DNA of 64,000 nucleotides from Malacoraja senta. Taxonomy: Eukaryota. Numbering within the stretch: the stretch's first letter is position 1; each line of letters starts with the position of its first letter. Below, piece after piece: positions 1-13,862 of the stretch. The position numbers and the translations under genes are program-made. The notes under the pieces are model-generated. The model did no database searches, was not told where the DNA came from, and worked only from the letters and a program-made list of their open reading frames with translations. The DNA lies in NCBI GenBank assembly GCA_038087875.1, contig JAXLNO010001818.1, forward strand, positions 62,001-126,000. Reading direction: 5' to 3'.

Positions 1-507
1 CACAATTAAATCCTCTTCAACATCAGCAATTTGTTTACTTTAAATATTTATTGAGTCAATAATTTTCTGATACCCACGATTAACGTTCTCCTTCATACTA
101 TCATTCCCTGCAGCAATCTCACCACGTAATATAACAGCATAATCTTTCTTTAACGACTCTCTTACCGACTGCTTTATTTCTTCCAGCTCTTTCTCCTTTG
201 TAACCATTTCAGCCTTTGAGGACTTTGTAGCCATTTCAGAGGCTAATTCTTCAGATGCTTCTTCAGATGCTTTCTGTTCTTTCAAAGGCAGTCTTGTAAT
301 GGGTCTGTGTGGACTTTGGGGAGGAATCAATTTTCTCATTTAAAAGTACCTTAAACCACTGGTGACGTCAGGCAGCTCCGGTAAGGATTTCTAAATCGGT
401 CCCGTCTTCCAAACCAGCTTTTTATGCGAATTATCGCATTTTTCGGGAGCGGAGCTAAAAGCTGCTCAGTTCTCCCTGTTCAGTGCTCCATGGCGCCACC
501 GGAAGTC
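1..507 (-). mobile_element. 5' end (5'UTR plus ORF1 start) of an L1/Tx1-type LINE inserted into CR1; continues off the window
   Basis: The minus strand begins GACTTCCGGTGGCGCCATGG at 507, followed by a GC-rich UTR and a K/E-rich coiled-coil-like ORF (339..40). It abuts CR1 sequence at 508. Predicted TSD is AAGACTGAGGTGAG (508-521) after ATTT|; the other copy lies outside the window. Confidence 0.75.
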
Positions 508-1006
508 CTCACCTCAGTCTTAAATGACCTCCCCTTTTTTCCAAGACTGTGGCCCCTGGTTCTGGACTCGCCCAACATTGGGAACATTTTTCCTGCATCT
601 ACCTTGTCCAGTCCTATTATAATTTTATATGTTTCTATAAGATCCCCCCTCATCATTCTAAACTCCAGTGAATACAAGCCTAGTCTTTTCAATCTTTCCT
701 CATATGACAGCCCCGCCTTCCCAGGGATCAATCTCATGAACCTATGCTGCACTGCCTCAATCACAAGGATGTCCTTCCTCAAATTAGGAGACCAAACTGT
801 ACACAATACTCCAGATGTGGTCTGACCAGAGCCCTATACAACTGCAGAAGAATCTCTTTACTCCTATACTGAAATCCTCTTGTTATGAAGGCCAACATAC
901 CATTAGCTTTCTTCACTGCCTGCTGTACCTGCACGCCAACTTCCAGTGACCGGTGTACAAGGACGCCCAGGTCTCGCTACACCTCCCCCTTACCTAACCT
1001 AACCCC

Positions 1007-1435
1007 CTATGCGATTCTTCCTAATAGATAAATCAGACCAATTCATAACGAGTTGGTCTCCATTTGTCGTCTTTTCAGAATCATATGGTGCAACTCAATT
1101 GTAAACGCTAACTGTCTCAGGACTGGGTGAGGGATGGTCAAGATTATAAATAATGATCTCCTTACTTCTGTTTTAATTTTTTACTCTCTTTTTCCTATTT
1201 TCTTTTTTTCAACTTTCTTCTTTCATTCTTTTTTTTTCTTTTTCTTTTTCACACACTATATATCTCACGTTTTTCTATCCTTTATTATCTAATTTATTTT
1301 TCTTATTCTTTATTATAATAAAAAAATAAGAAGCTGTACATAAAATGTATTATGAAAATATATATTAGGCACTTTGGTGCCATACGATTGCACTTCAAAT
1401 AAAATAAAAATATAAATAGAAATAAATTAAAAAAA
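1007..1435 (+). mobile_element. Short 5'-truncated L1/Tx1-type 3' fragment
   Basis: ORF2 C-terminal remnant, T-rich 3'UTR and A-rich tail, flanked by the 13-bp direct repeat CTAACCTAACCCC (994-1006, 1436-1448). Confidence 0.85.
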
Positions 1436-2198
1436 CTAACCTAACCCCATTGAGATAATAATCTGCCCTCTTATTTTTGCCGCCAAAGTGGATCTCACAT
1501 TTATCTATATTATACTGCATCTGCCACACATCTGCCCACTCACTCAACCTGTCCATGTCACACTGCAACCTCCTAAAATCCTCTTCATAGTTCACACTGC
1601 CACCCAGCTTTGTGTCATCTGCAAACTTGCTAATGTTGCTCCTAATCCCCTCTTCCAAATCATTAATATATATGATAAACAGTTGCGGCCCCAACACCGA
1701 GCCTTGCGGCACTCCACTCGCCACTGCCTGCCATTCTGAAAAGGATTCATTCACTCCTACTCTTTGCTTCCGGTCTGCCAACCAATTTTCTATCCATGTC
1801 AACACCCTACCACCACTACCATGCGCTCTAATTTTAATCACCAGTCTCCCGTGCGGGACCTTATCAAAGGGTTTCTGAAAGTCTAGATACACTACATCTA
1901 CTGGCACCCCTTCATCCATTTTACTTGTCACATCCTCAAAAAATTCCAGAAGATTAGTCAAGCATGATTTCCCTTTCATAAATCCATGTTGACTTGGACT
2001 AATCCTTTTACTGCTATCCAAATTCCCCATTATTACTTCTTTAACAATTGACTCCAGCATCTTTCCCACCACTGAAATCAGGCTAACTGGTCTGTAATTC
2101 CCCGTTTTCTCTCTCGCTCCTTTCTGGAAAAGTGGGATAACATTAGCTATCCTCCAATCCACAGGAACTGATCCTGAATCTATTGAACATTGGAAAAT

Positions 2199-5100
2199 TA
2201 TGCTCAAACTATCGTTGAAAAATAGAAATGAAAAGGGAGAGCTGAACCATTTTAAGCGATGCTTTGTCTGGGGATAGTTACACTGTTATCTTCGGAATGT
2301 TGAATCAAGGACACTTTCTGTTCAAAACGAGTAAACAACCGACCAGATGGCAATGGTTTATACCAGAAAGCTTATAATTGCTTATTAGAATATAATATTA
2401 TAACCAATTGTAAGAACTTATCCTATTAACAACTTAATAAATTATGCATGTTAGATTAGAATACTAATAAAAACAAAAATAAAAAATAACGAACTAACTT
2501 ACTAATATGAATTTTTAATAAACTGAAACCTTATCTATAAGTGGGAGGAGGGGATGAGAAACGAGCAACTGGCTTAGGTCCAGGGGCACGTCTCGTTAAC
2601 CCCTTCAACCAGCAGTTGATTTTTATAGAAGTCAAAAGTATCGGTTTAATAATCAGTAGTTAAAATTCTGATATATATATATGTTACAATGAAATACACA
2701 GGGTAAAAGTGTATTATATATCTGAATCTGAGGCCCCGTTTTAATATTATAATATGTTATGATTAACCAAGAGAGCGGAGCTATTTGTGTAACAACGCAA
2801 TGGAAGTCAAAACAAGGTTTTTTCCCACCTACAGGTGGGACACTCGCTACAGTGCCGACTATATTAGACACTGTATCTTCATTTTTATAGTTTTTTTTTA
2901 ATCACATAAAATCACTTGTTTGTGTTTTGTGCTTAGTGACAAGCGTAAAATGGACATAACAGCAAAACTTAAAAACTCAAAAGCTCCCCCAATACCTAAA
3001 GACCTGGGATTTGGACGCACCACAAGATTTAAAGGTACTATAATTATTCAAAATGCATGACACCACACAAAAGAACCTAGGAGGAATCTCATTTTGTAGT
3101 TGGAATATAAGAGGTATTAACGAACCTATTAAAAGGGGTAAGATACTAGCTCAGTTGAAATTGTACAACTCCGACATTATCTTCCTACAAGAAACACACC
3201 TAAAATCTCAGGATCAAGTTAGGTTAAGGGCGAAATGGATAGGTCAAACATACCACTCTTCATTTACTTCAAAATCTAGAGGCACGTCAATCATCATAAG
3301 AAAAGGTATACCATTTAAAGCAAAGAATATTATAACAGATATAGAAGGGAGATACCTAATAGTTAATGTAGAAATCCATGATACTCCACTTACTTTGGTA
3401 AATATATATGCCCCTAACTTTGATAGCCCCCACTTTTTCAATAAAATTTTCAACATAATTGCAGAGTCAAACTATCAAAATGTTATAATAGGAGGAGACT
3501 TTAACTGTGTTTTAGATCCGTACTTAGATAAATCAAGTCAAAAACAGAGAGGGAATATGAAATCGAAAACTGGGGAGCTTCTCAATACCTATATAAACAA
3601 CACTAATATAGCAGATGTTTGGAGAATTGTTAATCCAACTGGCAGGGAATACTCGTTTTACTCAATGGTACATAAGACATACTCACGTATAGACTGCTTT
3701 CTGCTGGATACAAAATTAATCCCCCAAACAACTAATGCAATATACCACACAAACTCGATTTCAGACCATTCTCCACTAACTTTCTTTTTAAAACTGGAAG
3801 GATTGTCTAAGAATAAATCGTTTTGGAGATTTAATTCTCAAATTCTAAAAGATCCACAAGCGAGTATATATTTAAAAGAACAAATGGAGGTCTTTTTTCA
3901 AATAAATGATACTCCAGATATATCGCCTACTGTATTATGGGAATCTTTTAAAGTATACATTAGGGGTATTATAATTTCATATCAAGCTTTTCAAAATAAA
4001 AAGAATAAGAATGAACAAAGACAGTTAGAAGAACTTATTAGACAAATGGATATAGATAATGCTAAAGATCCATCAATAGATAAACATAATAAAATAATAA
4101 TTTTGAAATTTAAATTAAATAAATTATTATCTGCCAAACTTATAAGACTTTTTCAAATTACAAAACAAGAGCACTTTGAATTTGGGGATAAACCGCATAA
4201 ACTTTTGGCTCGCCAGCTAAAAAAACGAGAAAAGGAACATACTATACCAAAGATCAAATCAGATAAAGGGGAATTATTAACAACACCAAAGGATATTAAT
4301 AATAGATTTGCGCAATTTTATGAGAATTTGTATACATCTAAAACAACAAGTGATTCCAATAATATCACAAAGTTCTTGGATACCTGTAACCTTCCAAAGT
4401 TAGAATTGAAGGAACAAGAGGAACTGGGTGCACAAATCTCAATTAAGGAATTAGAAGATACAATAAACTCACTAAAGAATGGAAAAACACCAGGCCCTGA
4501 CGGATTTACTAATGAATTTTATAAAAGCATTTACGATAAAATAATACCAAGATTACAAAAAATGTACCAATATGCTTTTGAAAAACGAATATTACCTGAT
4601 ACATTAGCGGAATCAACGATTACATTAATACCTAAGAAAAATAAAGACTTAGAAGAACCTGGTTCATATAGAGCTATAGCATTGTTAAACACAGATCAAA
4701 AAATATTAGCGAAAACATTAGCTAGAAGATTAAGTAAATACATTAGTAAATTAATAAACCCAGATCAGACGGGGTTTATCCCTAAGAGATACTCATCTAA
4801 CAATATGAGACGTCTACTCAACATAATGCATTCACACAAATCTGAAGATCAAGAATTATCAATTATTTCGCTGGATGCTGAAAAAGCATTTGATCAAGTA
4901 GAATGGAATTATATGGACAAAGTATTACAAAAATTTCAACTGGGGGAGAATTGTATTCTATGGATCAAGTTACTATATAACATTCCTACAGCTAGAATAC
5001 TAACTAATAACATATTATCCTCGAAATTCCAACTATCAAGGGGAAATAGACAAGGATGCTCATTATCACCACAACTGTTTGCTCTCATTATTGAACCGCT

Positions 5101-7207
5101 AGCAGAAAAAATTAGAATACACCCTGATATCCATGGATATAATACTAAAGTTTCATATAATAAAATATCTTTATACGCGGATGATATATTACTGTACATT
5201 ACAAAACCTCAAATCACTATACCAAATATATTAAATTTAATTGAAGATTTTGGATCTTTTTCTGGATATAGAATAAATTGGAATAAAAGTGAAATTATGT
5301 CAATAAAACCGAAAGATTCATCACATCTTTTAAAATTCCCTTTTAAAATAGCTACAGAAAAATTTAAATATTTGGGAATCGAAATTACCAGATCATATCA
5401 AGGTATGTTTAGGGCAAATTTTGACCCCTTACTTAATAAATTAAACACACTAATTAAATTCTGGAAAACGCTCCCGATGTCTTTAATAGGCCGAATAAAC
5501 GCAATAAAAATGATCTTTTTACCACAAATTTTATACCTATTTCAATCAATTCCTATATACTTACCAAAGAAGTTTTTTAAAAAACTCGACTCAGATATCA
5601 CTAATTTTATATGGGACTATAAATCACATAGAATACAAAAAACTCATCTGAATAAACCTAAAGTATTAGGGGGTTTAGCACTACCTAATTTTATGTATTA
5701 TTATTGGTCAGTAAATATTAAAAATATGATTCAACTGATGGATAACTCCGCCCAACAAGCGGACTGGATTGTAATGGAGAAAGAGGATTGCTCCTCTAGA
5801 AACATTGGAGCGATCCTCCTCTCTCCAATGAAATTGAATAACATAAATTATAATAAGAACCCAATTATCCATAGTACAATCCGAATTTGGAAACAAATAA
5901 AACAAAATTTAAAATTAAGACATTTATCACTTTTATTACCTATAGTCAATAACCCTTCGTTTAATCCTTCTATTATAGATAAAGCTTATACACAATGGGA
6001 TAGATTAGGAATTAAAACGCTTGGTGACTTGTATGAAACTGGAAAATTACTTTCATTTCAACAATTACAAATAAAATATAAACTCGGAAATAATCAATAT
6101 TTTAAATATTTTCAAATATGCGACTATTTGAAAAAATATACAAAAGATCATCATAATAACCCAGCAGATGTACTGGACGAGGCAATGCAGATAAAAGCGG
6201 AATCAGCAAACTTAATATCATATTTGTATAATATTATCTTAAATGCACAAATACCATCTACGGAGGGTATCAGAAGAGACTGGGAACAAGAGTTAGCTAT
6301 TAAAATTTCAAAGGAAAGTTGGAATGAATACTTATTAAACGTGCAGAAATGCTCGATTAATGTAAGACACACTTTAATACAATTAAAAATTTTACATAGA
6401 TTATATTATTCGAAAACTAAAATTCATAAAATTTTCACAAATGTATCATCTATTTGTGATAAATGTCAATCCCAAGAAGCTACTATAACGCACTCATTCG
6501 TTTCTTGTACAAAAATTCAAAAATTTTGGAATGAAATTTTTGAAATCTTTACAAAGTTATTTAAAACAAGACTGATATAACGGAAGATGGTCCAGAACTA
6601 AATGTGTTTCAAAAGAAACTAATGGACTATGGGTTAATAACTGGAAAAAAGCTAATTCTAAAATTTTGGAAGAAGGCTCCAATACCAACTATAAATATGT
6701 GGATTTCAAATATGTTTGAAACATTACACCTAGAAGAGATAAGACTCCTCCTAGCAGGTAAACCAGATCATTTCCACCTGACGTGGTCTGCATTTATAGA
6801 ATTATTACAAACATAAGGTGCAAAAGTACTTTAAAAAAAAAAAATTGAGGTCAGGTAAGGGGGGATGATAGTTGAAGAGTTGGTATGTCCAATTTGCGTA
6901 ATGCTCATAAAAATATTTGTTTCTCTCTTTTTCCTCTTTCTCTCTTTCTTTTTTTCCTAGGGTCTATTTCTTAACTCTTTTTCTTTTGTTTTTAATTTTG
7001 CTCTTATAGGGTCTTTGTCCTTTTTTGTTGTCACATTTCCTACACTTCCACTTTTTCCTTCACTTTCTTCTTTCTTTCAATCTTTTCCTTTTCTAGTGTA
7101 AAAAATAAATGGAGTACATTAATTGTAAGAAGATATAAATGACAAGTACTAATGTATGTGGTTGTAATGTAATGTACTTCTAATAAAATACAAATTAAAA
7201 AAAAAAA
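2199..7207 (+). mobile_element. 5.0-kb 5'-truncated L1/Tx1-type LINE with near-complete ORF2
   Basis: 14-bp TSD GAACATTGGAAAAT (2185-2198, 7208-7221); AATAAA and poly(A) at the 3' end; T-rich 3'UTR at about 6817-7190. Confidence 0.95.
3053..6816 (+). CDS. L1 ORF2p (APE endonuclease, reverse transcriptase, CCHC knuckle); frameshifted near the C-terminus
   Basis: The 1175-aa ORF has WNIRG, QETH, GDFN, RID, SDH, SLDAEKAFD, RQGCSLSP, LYADD and CDKC-x8-H-x4-C. A net ~28-nt deletion near 6575, judged against the related copy at ~43040-43100, shifts the frame; the C-terminus continues in ORF 6604..6816. Confidence 0.93.
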
Positions 7208-7739
7208 GAACATTGGAAAATGATCACTAATGCGTCCACTATTTCTAGAGCCACCTCCCTGAAGACCCTGGGATGCAGACCATCAGGCCCAGGGGATTTA
7301 TCATCCTTCAGTCCCATTAGCCTACCCAATACTATTTCTCATCTAATGAAAATGTCTTTCAGTTCCTCTACCCCCTTAGATCCTCTGTCCTCCAGTACAT
7401 CTGAGAGATTGTTTGTGTCTTCCTTATTGAAGACAGATCCGAAGTAACTATTCAACTCTTCTGCCATTTCCTTATTCCCCATAATAATTTCACCCGTGTC
7501 TGCCTTCAAGGGGCCCACATTTGACTTTACTATTCTTTTTCCCTTAACATATCTAAAGAGAAACATTTTGACTTTGGCTATCAACACATTTTTGAGTGGT
7601 TAGGTATAATTTCCATGGACAGAATGTACAAAGTAAACTAATCTGAGCAGTACGTGAACAATGTTGTGTCAATGAGGTTGGCACCAGGCCAGCTAGGTGG
7701 ATGGTTCCTTTCTTAAGATTCATTAGCCAGAAATGAATT

Positions 7740-8830
7740 TCTGAAAGCTGGCAGGGTGGCTAATGTTGCACCATTATTTGAGAAAGGTTCTAGGACAAAT
7801 CAGGGAACTACAGGCCAGCGAGCCAGCTGCCAGTGGTGGGAGAGTTGTTGGAAGGGATTCTAGGGGACAGAAGTGGTGAGAATAGTCAGCAAGGTTTTGG
7901 TTGTGGGAAATCGTGTCTCATGAATCTGGCAGGTTTTTTTCGATGTCAACAAACGACTCATGAGGTAAGGGCAGTGAATATTCTCTTTTTGGACTTTAGC
8001 AAAGCCATTAACAAGATCACACATTGGTAAGCTAGTTTGCAAGATCAGATCATATGGATTCCAAGGTAGGCTAGACATTGGATTCAAAATTGGTTTGGAG
8101 GAGATAGGGTAGTTGTGGAGGTTGTTTTTCTGATTGAAGGCCTGTGACCAGTTGTGTATGGCCGGGGTCAGTGTGGATCCACTGCTGTTAGTTAACATTG
8201 TTAGTAAATTTATACCTAAATTGCTGATTTGGTGGACAGTGAGTAATACTTACACAACAGAGCTCATTTTCTCCATATTCTACTGAATCACAGAGCTTTA
8301 GAACATGGAAACAGATTCTTCGGACTACTTTCTCCATGTTGATCATTCTGGGATTCTGAGCTAGTCCTATTTGCCCACATTTAGCCTATAACTGTCAAAA
8401 CCGTTCCTATCAATTTCTATCTTATTAAAGTAGCAATTGTATCTTCTTCTGTAGCCTTATCTGGCAGCACATTCTAGAGTGAAAATGATGCCTGAGATCC
8501 TTCTTACCCTATGCTCTCTCAAACCTCACAGTAATATTGAAGTACATAACAGAATAGATCGTTGGGGAGGTGAGCTAAGGACTGGCCAATGGAATTTAAC
8601 TGATAAGTGTGATACATTGCATTTTGGTGTGTCAACCAGGGCAGGACTTGCACAGTAAATAGTAGAACCTTGTAAAATGTTGCAGATGGAGTTACTTTAA
8701 TAAAATATATCAAATTATGAGAGGCAACAATAAAGTGAACACCCAGTATTTATCCCAACTTAGAGGATTCTAAAGTTAGAGAGCATAGTGTAAGAAAGAT
8801 CTCAGAGGCATATTTTTCACTCTGGAATGA
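7740..8830 (+). mobile_element. Old degenerate CR1 fragments
   Basis: Decayed RT motifs (ILFLDFSKA) and nucleotide similarity to the younger CR1 copies in the window. Confidence 0.7.
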
Positions 8831-9428
8831 ACTGCCAGAGGAGGTCACAGAATTTTTACTTTAAAATTTCATATCACCAAAGTGATTAGTAGCAGGTTAA
8901 CCAATAGTACTTCAAGCCCATACCTTTTCTGTTCAAATAGTTAACACCTACATTTATTGGTACAGTTGCTGTTGAGATCTGCCTCGGTGAACTCAATGGA
9001 AGAGCTGCACTGACTAGATGTATGTTGGGTGATGATCTGCCTCCACTACTGATGGTCCACACCAGGAAAGAGGGTTCAGTCCCAGAAAAATGCAGTTTTA
9101 TCTTAGATTATATTTTCAACCATCTATTAAAATTATAAAAATACAATTGGCAACCATATCTCCTATAAGAGTAAATGGATTGTATTGGATGAGAAGTGAC
9201 AGGTGCATAATATTGAATCAATACTAGCCCTGGAACTTATACATTTTGCTGAATAAATTATAACTTAAATGTTCTTCAAATTCAAGAAAGAACTACATAT
9301 GCTGTCAAGTTATATTTTGTTTGTAAGGTCTGCATATTTATAGCGAGGAACTGCTTCACTATTCTATTATTATTTCCTCCAATACACAAGACTATAATTT
9401 TTTTAGACATGATTGAAAATGATCTTAC

Positions 9429-9502
9429 TTGGTTGAAGTGACGGCTCTACGATTATATAACCCATGGCACAGGGTAATATGGGCATGTTGACGTTGACTT
9501 TA
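9429..9502 (-). CDS. nxpe3: NXPE3-like gene, third identified coding exon (74 bp)
   Basis: Acceptor catttgcag|T and donor A|gtaaga. The phase-2 start fits the AG|gt end of the upstream exon. Encodes (S)KVNVNMPILPCAMGYIIVEPSLQP, resembling NXPE3 SGVNIKMPV...WVTVIP. Confidence 0.75.
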
Positions 9503-9949
9503 CTGCAAATGTTAATACCATTCATTAAGTCACTTTGTCAATATAAAGTGCATACAAAGGACAGTCCAAGAAAGTCATACAAATAATCTACTTATCCAAC
9601 CTAGCACAACGCAATTAACGTAGCTTCCACAATTTTAGCTTCAAATGTCATCTTCTGAATAGTATGGAACCTGTAATTTAGCAAATCCATCTAAATCCAA
9701 ATTGATCTAACGTTAAATTACATTTCTACTGGTAACAATTGAGTTTATTAAAATATCAGACTCTGTAACTAACAACTAAAACATCAGGTTAGAGGATAAT
9801 CAGAGATTATTCACAATTCAAGCAAAACTTGTTTTCTAGAACAAGGTCCGAAGCCTGGCAGGTCACAGCTTTTCATGCACATGTGGGTGACAAAACTTCT
9901 CATATCCAGTCATTGTTCCAGTAATTCATTTACATTTTTATGGTCTGCT

Positions 9950-10520
9950 AGGAAAAGAGTCTCTTTCTATTTCCTCCTCCAGGGCCTTCATAATTTAATC
10001 CACCTCAAATAAATCACCCCTCAGTCTCCTGTTCCATGGAAACAACTGAATTTGATTAGTTTTTTGAAGAAGCAACTATGAAGGTTAATGAGGGCAGGGT
10101 TGTAGATGTAGACATATAGACTTTATCAAGGCTTTTGTGGCAGGATAACCAATAATCGTCTGCTCTGGAAGAGTAGACTGCTCGGGATCCAGGGAGAGAT
10201 AGCTAACTGGAAACAAAATTGGCTTCATGGTAGGAAGACGATGGTGGTAGAAGGTTGCTTTTTGGACTGGTGGTCTGTGAATAGTGGTGTGCCTCTGGGA
10301 TCAGTATTGGGTCCATCGCAGTTTGTCATCTGCTTGAGATTTGGATGATAATGTACAAGGCATGATAAAATAGGTCGTTTCATAAACAATGAAGATGATT
10401 ATCAAGAACTATGGCAGGGTCTTGATCAGCTGAGCAAATGTGCCCAGGGCTTGCTAATGGAGTTTAATGTAGTTAAATATGAGCAGCTGTATGTCTCTAT
10501 TGCAACCACATGGCTAGCAA
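9950..10520. mobile_element. Old degenerate CR1 fragments
   Basis: Recognisable CR1 RT nucleotide stretches (gtagatgtag...gacttt...aaggctttt; ggtgtgcctc.gggatcagta.tgggtcc) with many indels. Confidence 0.6.
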
Positions 10521-13429
10521 CTAAACTTCTACAAATTTGTTGAAAATAATCATTCCAGAACAGAGGGTAGTCACAAGCGATGGTAGATGCCGGAATTTGG
10601 AACCAAAAAGTAAACTGCTGGAAGACCTCAGCAGGTCAAGCAGCATCTGTGGAGCCAAAGGGATAGTCGTCTCAGATTGAAACTGATCTCAAACGTGAAA
10701 CATAGACTGGACATTATTTTCCATTTGATTACTTCACACATGCTCAGCTCATGGTCTATAAAGTTTACCGAGAAGACCAAAATAATTAACAACAATTTAA
10801 CTGGAAGAATATTGACACAGAATAGAGAATCAGGAACTGTTGCAAAAGGCCATCGATGGCGATTAAACTATGTGGGACAGACTGTAATCATGATAGAAGG
10901 AAAAGCAGAAGCAAGTAACAGTCTATCTTCTCATCATTCTCAGAGGGTTTCCAGGCTCAGAGGCAAAATGAAGTGAAAACATAACAGTGACCATTTAGTT
11001 GTATTAAGGCAAGAAAATCCGATAGTAACGAAGGCATCAAACTCAGGAAACATGGCTTTATCACTATGGCAATAAGGAATAACCAGATGTACAGGTTAAA
11101 ACGATGAAATAGCAATGTAGGAAGACTTAGTTATGATACCCATGTGAAAATATTGTCAGGAGCAATCAAATCCAAGCTCCAATTTCCAATTGTCTCATTT
11201 GGGATTTGAGGACCCCCAGCCTTCTAGAAGATTGATGTGAAAAGATCAAAGAAACATCAAGTACACCAGGAGTGATATTACTCGAGGACAACTGACACAG
11301 AAGGCGAACCCTGACATCTTAACAGAGAAGATTACAACCCATTGAAGGAATCCCAACCAGTTCATCTTACATCTGGAATCCAAGTCCAAGTACTGTTTCA
11401 ATTATTGGGCAGCAAGATAGGAAAAGCTATATCAGTAAATTAGTAAGATTAAATGAGAACTTATCAGTTTGAAGTTTGATCTTTATTTTATGGGGAGTTA
11501 CGTTGAGGGACTACGTGAAGAAGAACCCGTCCAGACCGCACACGCGTCAATCTCCAAAGCAGCGGAGTTAAATCACAGACAACAATTACTGAAGTATGAT
11601 AGTAAGATACGTAAAGACTAGAACTACCAGCTTGATCTTTACAAGGGTGGGTGCGGAGGGCACGTAGTCCCTCAATGTAACTCCTCATAAAATAAAGATC
11701 AAACTTCAAACTGGTAAGTTCTCGTTTAATCTTACTATTTTACTTCGGAGTCACGTGAGTGACTACATGAAGACTTCAAAGCTCTGTGATTTCACGCTGT
11801 AGATTCAAATCCAGGCGCTCACTGCATTGATTGACTCTAAATAAGTAAAACAATCAACCACAACATGGATGCAACCAGTTAATGGTTCATTTATCACCAT
11901 AATTGTAACCCCTCTATCACAAGAATAATATTTAATACTAAATCCGAAAATAACCACCAAATAACCACATGTATTATAATCTCCTTATGGTAATACTTGT
12001 GAATTATTTCACTTATGACTGCAGCCTCGAGGATATGTTCTATTAGAACATCCAATTGCTTGGACGTCAATATTGATGGTGCCCTGGTGAAATAAGATTT
12101 AAATTTGTCAGTATCAATACCTGCATCAAGCAACACATGCTTCAGCCATTTTAAAAATAGTCTAAACCGACATTTTCTTATGCAGCTCTTTATGGCTACC
12201 AAAATACTAATACTGAACCTCTTTAAGGTTCTGATAGCTTCAATCTAACATTGTAAATGTGATACCACACATAGACGTGGATCCATAGAATATGCTGAAA
12301 ACCCGAACTTACATCCTGTGATTCCACATCTACTCTGTTTAAGCAATTCATAGACATCGAACACAATAGTAACTGTTGCTCTTTCCATCATGTCTATTCG
12401 TACTTTCTGCAATATTTGCACTCTCTGTGCTAGAACCAGTCCCCTGAGCTTGACTTCCTTAATGGTAATTCAAGCCAAGGACAGTACTGTAATATGAGTA
12501 CATTAACAAAAAACAATATAACATATCTCTTACATTCCAGATTATTGTATACCTGTGTCTAAGTTTAGAATTGAAAAATTATTTCATAAATCTGCAGTCC
12601 AAAGGGTGTAACCCTACATCTTATTCTGATTCCTCCATAGACATGCAGTAACGGCACTCCTTGCCGTATTCATAGCATTATAGCTTAATTGCTAATAAAA
12701 TAAAGAGTTTACAGAACTCTAACACTACTGATATGTCTATATTGTGATATGTAATATTCTGCTTAAACAAAACATATCCCATTTCCTTATGTAAGAAATG
12801 TACTACTTCTGGGTAATATCCCTCCAGATTGCAATAATATCCACAGTACAATCTGATAGTCCTCTTCCGATAAATGTCACTCCTTAAAATCTGTAAATCA
12901 ACAACCAATATGATTATGTAAAGGATGTGAATCATCAGTTATAGAGTGCACAAACAGATTAATTCTGTTTGGAAATCATAAGAGGCTTTGTGATCATTTT
13001 TAACACCTGAGGGTACCATGGTTTTGTAGATCCAATCTGGTACCACCAATACTCCCGAAGCGGAATCCTGTTTGCTCTTCTGTATATACTGTTAAATGAG
13101 ACAAAATGGAAAAAATGTATACAAACATTTTACTCCAATGCAGCGAGAAACATCCACCGCTACTGCCCCAGTATCAGGCTCCATGACATATATTTAGGTA
13201 ATTGGCGGTTAAGTCTGGATACAAACAAGTCATCAATCGTGCAACAATATTATTAAATTTGTCACGATCCAACATCCATTCTGTATTATGATTGATTTAC
13301 ATGATCTTGAGTCTTCAACTATATTGAATTTACCTCATAGGTAGATTGCCAATCAAATATTTCTGGTGAACACCAGATCCTGATCACATTAGCCAGTCTA
13401 TTACAAGATACTGACTTATACTACTCGAA

Positions 13430-13862
13430 TAGATACATAGATACATAGAAAATAGGTGCAGGAGTAGGCCATTCGGCCCTTCGAGCCTGCACCGCCATTC
13501 AATATGATCATGGCTGATCATCCAACTCAGTATCCCGTACCTGCCTTCTCTCCATACCCCCTGATCCCCTTAGCCACAAGGACCACATCTAACTCCCTCT
13601 TAAATATAGCCAATGAACTGGCCTCAACTACCCTCTGTGGCAGAGAGTTCCAGAGATTCACCACTCTCTGTGTGAAAAAGCTTTTCCTCATCTCGGTCTT
13701 AAAGGATTTCCCCCTTATCCTTAAGCTGTGACCCCTTGTCCTGGACCTCCCCAACATTGGGAACAATCTTCCTGCATCTAGCCTGTCCAACCCCATAAGA
13801 ATTTTGTACGTTTCTATAAGATCCCCTCTCAATCTCCTAAATTCTAGCGAGTATAAGCCAAT
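13430..13862 (-). mobile_element. CR1 3' end inserted in the DIRS element
   Basis: ORF 13527..13931 encodes the CR1 C-terminus (GLYSLEFRRLRGDLIETYK...VVNLWNSLP); the tail repeat reads (tagataca)n on the plus strand. Confidence 0.9.

Larger units (their letters stand above)
508..7558 (-). mobile_element. 5'-truncated CR1 LINE split into three pieces (508-1006, 1436-2198, 7208-7558) by L1 insertions
   Basis: ORFs 7339..7587, 1395..2207 (YLDFQKPFD, GVPQGSVLGP, KFADD) and 480..806 are consecutive parts of CR1 ORF2 and rejoin across the TSDs. They match the uninterrupted copy at 61007-63050. Confidence 0.92.

Noticed and set aside
8924-9123. AG...GT-bounded 200-bp segment as the next NXPE exon
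   Set aside because: All three frames hit a stop soon after the acceptor, and there is no GDST motif or NXPE similarity.
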